Program-made: the position numbers and the translations under genes
Source of the DNA: Escherichia coli
Lineage (GTDB): Bacteria > Pseudomonadota > Gammaproteobacteria > Enterobacterales > Enterobacteriaceae
Length of the DNA: 64,000 nt
Assembly: GCF_045037415.1 (NCBI RefSeq)
Contig: NZ_CP173438.1
Direction: 5' to 3' (one strand)
The notes under the pieces: generated by a model
The model's database searches: none
The model's input: the letters and a program-made list of their open reading frames with translations, nothing else
What the model was told of the DNA's origin: nothing
Shown here: positions 58,340 through 64,000 of the stretch, piece after piece
Layout: the number at the start of each line of letters is the position of its first letter
Numbering within the stretch: position 1 is the first letter of the stretch

Positions 58340-59101
58340 TTAGAAATCATAACCAAGCATATAAATCATTTGATCGCCAAAGCCATCGTAGCCCAGCTTA
58401 TTATCGAAATAACGCCACGTCACACTGGCTTTCCAGCGAGGATAGAACTTCCAGGCAATAGTTAAACCGCCATTTAACCCGTTCCGGCCAAATTGCTGCT
58501 CCGTGTAAGCATCGTTCCTGTCCAGTTCTATTTCATTCCAGTTAGATAAAACAAATTTTTCGTCAAATAACGTAAATGGTAATACTGCTGTCCAGCCAAC
58601 AACATAACCATTCCAACCATTCGTTTGACCATATTTAGCTGATACGTAGTCACCAGATTGATTATGTAATCCAATATACGGTTTAAAAAAGCCCCACTCG
58701 CCGTTCCAGCCGAGGTAACCGAATCCATAAAACATGTCCAGATCGTCACCCCATGAGTTATCCCATTGGCCATAAATTTTGCCAAAGAATGTCATATCAG
58801 AGTCAAAGAGTCTGACATGCGTCATTACTGAAACCGTATGATTTCGCCCTGCTACAGCATGATTGAGTACATTACTTTCATAAAATGAGTAAAATTCTGC
58901 TTCTTTAAAATTTACCCCAAAATCCGCAGTCACTTTCCATACTTCACCACGGTGAGTGTTTACAAATCCACTATTCCAGTCTGCATAACCCGCATTTATT
59001 GAACCAAAGGTTCCTTTATATTCTAATGAAGAATATGCAGGAAAATGATAGATAGCTGTTATCAGGGTACACGCAATAAGAAGTCGTCTTTTGGCAGACA
59101 T
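58340..59101 (-). CDS. Outer-membrane beta-barrel channel, Tsx-like, accessory
   Basis: 253-aa ORF rich in W/Y/G/D/N with alternating beta-strand pattern and C-terminal ...MLGYDF (terminal aromatic, as in Tsx ...VVGYNF); stop lies 20 bp before the sulfatase start. Confidence 0.6.
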   Translation of the reverse strand: MSAKRRLLIACTLITAIYHFPAYSSLEYKGTFGSINAGYADWNSGFVNTHRGEVWKVTADFGVNFKEAEFYSFYESNVLNHAVAGRNHTVSVMTHVRLFDSDMTFFGKIYGQWDNSWGDDLDMFYGFGYLGWNGEWGFFKPYIGLHNQSGDYVSAKYGQTNGWNGYVVGWTAVLPFTLFDEKFVLSNWNEIELDRNDAYTEQQFGRNGLNGGLTIAWKFYPRWKASVTWRYFDNKLGYDGFGDQMIYMLGYDF

Positions 59102-59611
59102 ATAATATGTTCTCCATTCATTGTTTTTATGATTCCATAGGAATTAATACACCAGACAATTCATTTTTATTAAGAATGACCAGGCCAGTATATTTAAAGA
59201 TGACTATCGAAGCGTGATGAAGATCGCAGATTACTTTTGCGAACGGGCGGAGGGATATCGTGTTTCAGAAAATGTGTCTGTTTTAAATATCACCCTTTGA
59301 TTTATAGGCATTTTTCATGATGAACTTAGCATTGGCTGCTGAACGTATTTCTTTGTCTCTCTATAGTATTACACTAACCTTTAATAATTAATTTCCTTTA
59401 GCCATTCACTTTTGATAGAGGAAAACACCTTTTTTGTGAATCCCTGGATATATTTAAGTTAAATAAATTGATGTATTGAAATATTATTCCGCAAAAATGC
59501 GAGGCGTCTTCAGAAAAAGAATTGATAAAACAGAAGTGAATTAAAAGCGCAGTATAATAGCGGCGGGTGCTTGAGGCTGTCTGTCTCAGGCATTGGCTGA
59601 ACGGCAGATAG

Positions 59612-59666
59612 AGAAAAGCCCCGAGTGATATTTTACCATCAACCCGAGGCCCCCTATATGCAGAAC
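59612..59666 (-). ncRNA. sokC: Probable SokC antisense RNA (type I antitoxin of hokC)
   Basis: Placed by the known hok/sok architecture (antisense to the mokC start region); boundaries estimated, not confirmed from promoter or terminator signals. Confidence 0.4.
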
Positions 59667-59867
59667 ACATGTAGAGTGCCTCTTACTGACCGAAAGGTCA
59701 AGGAGAAGAGAGCAATGAAGCAGCATAAGGCGATGATTGTCGCCCTGATCGTCATCTGTATCACCGCCGTAGTGGCGGCGCTGGTAACGAGAAAAGACCT
59801 CTGTGAGGTTCACATCCGAACTGGCCAGACGGAGGTTGCTGTTTTCACGGCTTACGAATCCGAGTAA
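59658..59867 (+). CDS. mokC: MokC, translational-coupling reading frame for hokC
   Basis: MQNTCRVPLTDRKVKEKRAMKQHKAMIVAL... overlaps and is in frame with hokC, as in the known hokC locus. Confidence 0.7.
   Translation: MQNTCRVPLTDRKVKEKRAMKQHKAMIVALIVICITAVVAALVTRKDLCEVHIRTGQTEVAVFTAYESE
59715..59867 (+). CDS. hokC: HokC (Gef) type I toxin, small membrane peptide
   Basis: 50-aa MKQHKAMIVALIVICITAVVAALVTRKDLCEVHIRTGQTEVAVFTAYESE, identical to HokC/Gef as remembered. Confidence 0.9.
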   Translation: MKQHKAMIVALIVICITAVVAALVTRKDLCEVHIRTGQTEVAVFTAYESE

Positions 59868-59970
59868 GAGCAACGGCGGGGAGTGATCCCCGCCACTTTA
59901 CAGGTGCTCGCATATCTTCAACGCACCCTTTTTTTTACCTGGCCTGCCCACGGGCAGGCTTTTGGGGAGG

Positions 59971-61101
59971 TTAGCGAGTCAGGTCGTCGAAAAACTTCTT
60001 CACACCATCAAAGAAGCTCTTTGAGCGCGGGCTGTTGTGCTCGCCGGTTGGGCCACCAAAGCTTTCTTGCAGCTCTTGCAGCAGCTGTTTCTGCTTCTCG
60101 TTCAGGCCTACCGGTGTTTCGACGACAACGCGGCACAGCAAATCACCCTGTGCGCCGCCGCGGACAGACTTGACGCCTTTACCACGCATACGGAACAGCT
60201 TACCGGTCTGGGTTTCGCCAGGAACTTTCAGTTTAACGCGACCATCAAGGGTCGGCACTTCGATTTCGCCGCCCAGCGCCGCCATAGCGAAGTTGATCGG
60301 GACTTCGCAATACAGGTTGTTGCCTTCACGCTCGAAAATCGGGTGCTGTTTAACCTGAACCTGAACGTACAGGTCGCCTGCCGGTGCGCCGTGTTCGCCC
60401 GCTTCACCTTCGCCCGCAAGACGGATGCGGTCTCCAGTGTCCACCCCTGCCGGGATTTTAACGGACAGCGTTTTGCTGCGCTCAACACGACCATGACCAT
60501 GACATTTGTTGCACGGATCTTTGATCAGCGTACCGCGGCCCTGACAGTGTGGACAGGTCTGCTGCACGGCAAAGAAACCCTGGCGCATCTGCACCTGGCC
60601 AGAACCATGACAGGTCGGACAGGTCTGCGGCTGTGTACCTGGTTTTGCACCGCTACCGTGGCAAACGTCACACTCTTCCAGAGTCGGAATGCGGATCTCT
60701 TTGGTCACGCCACGTACAGCTTCTTCGAGGGTGAGCTCCATGTTATAGCGTAAATCAGCACCGCGCGCCGCACGTTGACGACCACGTCCGCCGCCAAAAA
60801 TATCGCCGAAAACGTCACCAAAAATATCGCTGAAGTCTGCGCCGCCGCCAAAACCGCCGCCGCCCATGCCGCCTTGCTCAAACGCAGCATGACCATACTG
60901 ATCGTATGCCGCACGTTTTTGCGAGTCGGTCAGAACTTCATAAGCTTCCTTGATCTCTTTAAATTTCGCCTCGGCCTCTTTGTCACCCTGGTTACGGTCC
61001 GGGTGGTATTTCATGGCCAGGCGTTTGTAGGCCTTTTTGATTTCACGCTCTTCCGCTGTTTTGGAAACGCCTAAAATCTCGTAATAATCTTGCTTAGCCA
61101 T
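59971..61101 (-). CDS. dnaJ: Chaperone DnaJ (Hsp40)
   Basis: Internal Met [40 protein letters not shown]... gives the 376-aa DnaJ with four CxxCxGxG zinc-finger repeats. Confidence 0.97.
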
Positions 61102-61189
61102 CTTTTTTGATTTGCCCCTAGATGAATGCACGGGCGGAGAGGAAATTCCCCTTCGCCCGTGTCAGTATAATTACCCGTTTATAGGGCGA

Positions 61190-63106
61190 TTATTTTTTGT
61201 CTTTGACTTCTTCAAATTCAGCGTCGACAACATCGTCATCTTTCGCGTTGTTTGCAGAAGCATCAGCACCGGCAGTCTGCTGCTGGGCATGTTGCTGCTG
61301 GGCGATTTCCATCAGTTTCTGGGAAACCTGTGCCAGTTCCTGCATTTTCGCTTCGATAGCGGCTTTGTCTTCACCTTTCAGAGCAGTTTCCAGTGCAGTC
61401 AGCGCAGACTCGATAGCAGTTTTGTCGTCAGCCGGCAGTTTGTCGCCTGCTTCTTCAACCTGCTTACGGGTGCTGTGCAGCAGATGGTCGCCCTGGTTGC
61501 GAGTCTGTACCAGCTCTTCAAACTTACGGTCAGCTTCGGCGTTAGCTTCTGCGTCGCGTACCATTTTCTGGATTTCATCTTCGTTCAGACCAGAAGAAGC
61601 CTTGATAGTGATCTTCTGCTCTTTACCGCTGTTTTTGTCTTTCGCGGAAACGTGCAGGATACCGTCAGCATCGATATCGAAGGTAACTTCGATCTGCGGC
61701 ATGCCGCGCGGTGCCGGGTTGATACCATCCAGGTTGAACTGACCCAGAGATTTGTTATCAGCCGCACGTTTACGTTCACCCTGCAGCACATGGATGGTTA
61801 CCGCAGACTGGTTGTCTTCAGCGGTAGAGAACACCTGGCTGTGCTTGGTCGGGATAGTGGTGTTTTTCGCGATCAGCGTGGTCATCACACCGCCCATGGT
61901 TTCGATACCCAGAGACAGCGGGGTAACGTCCAGCAGCAGTACGTCTTTTACGTCACCAGTCAGAACACCACCCTGAACAGCAGCACCGATGGCTACAGCT
62001 TCGTCCGGGTTAACATCTTTACGCGGCTCTTTACCAAAGAATTCAGCAACTTTCTTCTGAACCATTGGCATACGAGTCTGACCACCAACGAGGATAACGT
62101 CGTCGATATCAGATACGGACAGGCCAGCGTCCTGCAGTGCAACTTTCAGCGGCTCAATGGAACGGTTTACCAGATCTTCAACCAGGCTTTCCAGTTTCGC
62201 ACGAGTCACTTTGATGTTCATGTGTTTCGGACCGGTCGCGTCTGCAGTGATGTACGGCAGGTTAACGTCGGTCTGCTGAGCGGAAGACAGTTCGATTTTC
62301 GCTTTTTCTGCCGCTTCTTTCAGGCGCTGCATTGCCAGCGGATCGTTGCGCAGGTCAATGCCCTGATCTTTCTTGAATTCTTCAACCAGATAGTTGATCA
62401 GACGGCTGTCGAAGTCTTCACCACCCAGGTGGGTATCACCGTTGGTTGCCAGAACTTCGAAGGTTTTTTCGCCGTCAACTTCGTCGATTTCGATAATGGA
62501 AATATCGAAAGTACCACCACCCAGGTCATAAACCGCGATAGTACGGTTGCCAGTACCTTTGTCCAGACCGTAAGCCAGCGCAGCTGCGGTCGGTTCGTTG
62601 ATGATACGTTTTACTTCCAGACCAGCGATACGGCCTGCGTCTTTGGTTGCCTGACGCTGAGCATCGTTAAAGTATGCCGGTACGGTAATAACAGCTTCAG
62701 TTACCGGTTCACCCAGGTAATCTTCAGCGGTTTTCTTCATTTTTTTCAGCACTTCAGCAGAGATCTGCGGCGGTGCCATTTTCTGGCCTTTAACTTCGAC
62801 CCATGCGTCGCCGTTATCAGCAGCAATAATTTTGAACGGCATGATGGAAACATCACGCTGTACTTCTTCGTCCTGGAAGCGGCGGCCAATCAGGCGTTTA
62901 ATCGCAAACAGGGTGTTTTGCGGGTTCGTCACTGCCTGACGTTTAGCCGGCTGACCAACCAGAGTTTCACCATCCTGGGTATAGGCAATGATAGAAGGCG
63001 TGGTGCGATCGCCTTCGGCGTTCTCCAGTACACGAGGAGTGGTGCCATCCATAATCGCTACACAAGAGTTGGTAGTACCCAGGTCGATACCAATTATTTT
63101 ACCCAT
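61190..63106 (-). CDS. dnaK: Chaperone DnaK (Hsp70)
   Basis: 638-aa [46 protein letters not shown]...; matches DnaK. Confidence 0.98.
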
Positions 63107-63149
63107 CTAAACGTCTCCACTATATATTCGGTCATCATGTGGTTGTGAG

Positions 63150-63260
63150 TCTGTAATAGGGGCGAAACGTCTGGTTTCAACTGCCCAATTTCATTTTTTT
63201 GCAGACTCACTCACTGCGGTTGACTACTAAATGGGGTCGTAACCCACGTCATCAAGGGGG
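63150..63260 (-). promoter_or_regulatory. Sigma-32 heat-shock promoters P1 and P2 of dnaK
   Basis: Minus strand shows CTTGATGAC...CCCCATTT (P1) and TTGAAA...CCCCTATT (P2), matching the sigma-32 consensus. Confidence 0.75.
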
Positions 63261-63476
63261 AGATGCAAAAATTTTTTGTGCTTTTGCGCAGAAATTTCGC
63301 GATATGGCAGGACAAGACGTGAAACTGACAGCAATTTTATTCATATAAAGAATGAATCGCAGCAAGGCATTCATCAAAAAATTGTAATAAAAAGAAAATA
63401 TTACGTGCCTGAAACTTCTCTTTATCAGCGGTAAACTAGTTTCATCCCCTTACCCCTCCCCACCAAGAGAATCCTT

Positions 63477-63881
63477 ATGAAATCCGTTATTACGATTTCC
63501 GCCAGCCTGGCGATTAGCCTGATGCTGTGCTGCACGGCGCAGGCAAACGACCATAAAATCCTCGGCGTCATTGCAATGCCGCGAAACGAAACCAACGATC
63601 TGGCGCTGAAACTTCCTGTTTGTCGCATTGTTAAACGCATACAACTCTCAGCCGACCATGGCGATTTGCAGTTAAGCGGTGCATCGATTTATTTCAAAGC
63701 CACCCGAAGCGCCAGTCAGACCCTGAATATTCCTTCAGAAATAAAAGAAGGGCAAACCACTGACTGGATCAACATTAACAGCGATAACGACAACAAACGC
63801 TGCGTCTCAAAAATCACCTTTTCCGGTCATACAGTGAACTCATCGGATATGGCCACGCTGAAAATTATCGGCGACGACTAA
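63477..63881 (+). CDS. yaaI: Secreted protein of unknown function YaaI
   Basis: 134-aa ORF with signal peptide [23 protein letters not shown]; matches YaaI. Confidence 0.9.
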
Positions 63882-63906
63882 CGCCAGAATATAGAAACCA
63901 CAAAAA

Positions 63907-64000
63907 ATGAATGTTAATTACCTGAATGATTCAGATCTGGATTTTCTCCAGCATTGTAGTGAGGAACAGTTGGCAAATTTCGCCCGGCTGCTCACCCATA
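63907..64000 (+). CDS. yaaW: YaaW, 5' fragment (gene continues beyond window end)
   Basis: MNVNYLNDSDLDFLQHCSEEQLANFARLLTH... matches the YaaW N-terminus; truncated by the window edge. Confidence 0.75.
   Translation, partial: MNVNYLNDSDLDFLQHCSEEQLANFARLLTH

Noticed and set aside
59586-59873. 95-aa minus-strand ORF overlapping hokC/mokC
   Set aside because: Antisense to the well-conserved hokC/mokC frame; the antisense product expected here is the SokC RNA, not a protein.
61112-63148. 678-aa ORF on the plus strand
   Set aside because: Entirely antisense to dnaK; low-complexity translation with no recognisable domain; spurious.

Overview
This window is a contiguous stretch of Escherichia coli chromosome, in reverse-complement orientation relative to the K-12 map, running from araC/araBAD through polB, rapA, rluA, djlA, lptD-surA-pdxA-rsmA-apaGH, folA, kefFC, yaaU, fixABCX, caiTABCDE/caiF, carAB, dapB, rihC, the ribF-ileS-lspA-fkpB-ispH operon, rpsT, nhaAR, hokC/mokC and dnaKJ to yaaI/yaaW. 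Nearly all ORFs were identified by reading the translated track against remembered E. coli protein sequences, and their lengths match the known proteins. The backbone is conserved, but the strain is not K-12-like: no IS1, IS186 or yabP/yabQ is present, and four accessory insertions sit at junctions that are short in K-12 as I recall it. These are (1) a chromosomal ccdAB toxin-antitoxin pair between apaH and folA, (2) an orphan DUF805-type membrane protein gene between dapB and rihC, (3) a GPH-family sugar transporter plus GH31 glycosidase between rpsT and nhaR, and (4) an AT-rich three-gene island between nhaA and hokC encoding a Tsx-like outer-membrane channel, a Ser-type periplasmic sulfatase and a 421-aa Cys-rich protein with an IS1 InsA-like zinc-ribbon signature. 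The last island is the best candidate for an undescribed system. The essential gene lptD carries an apparent 1-nt deletion in an A-run that splits it into two ORFs. No CRISPR array, rRNA or tRNA gene, or prophage was seen. All K-12 comparisons are from memory and no database search was run.
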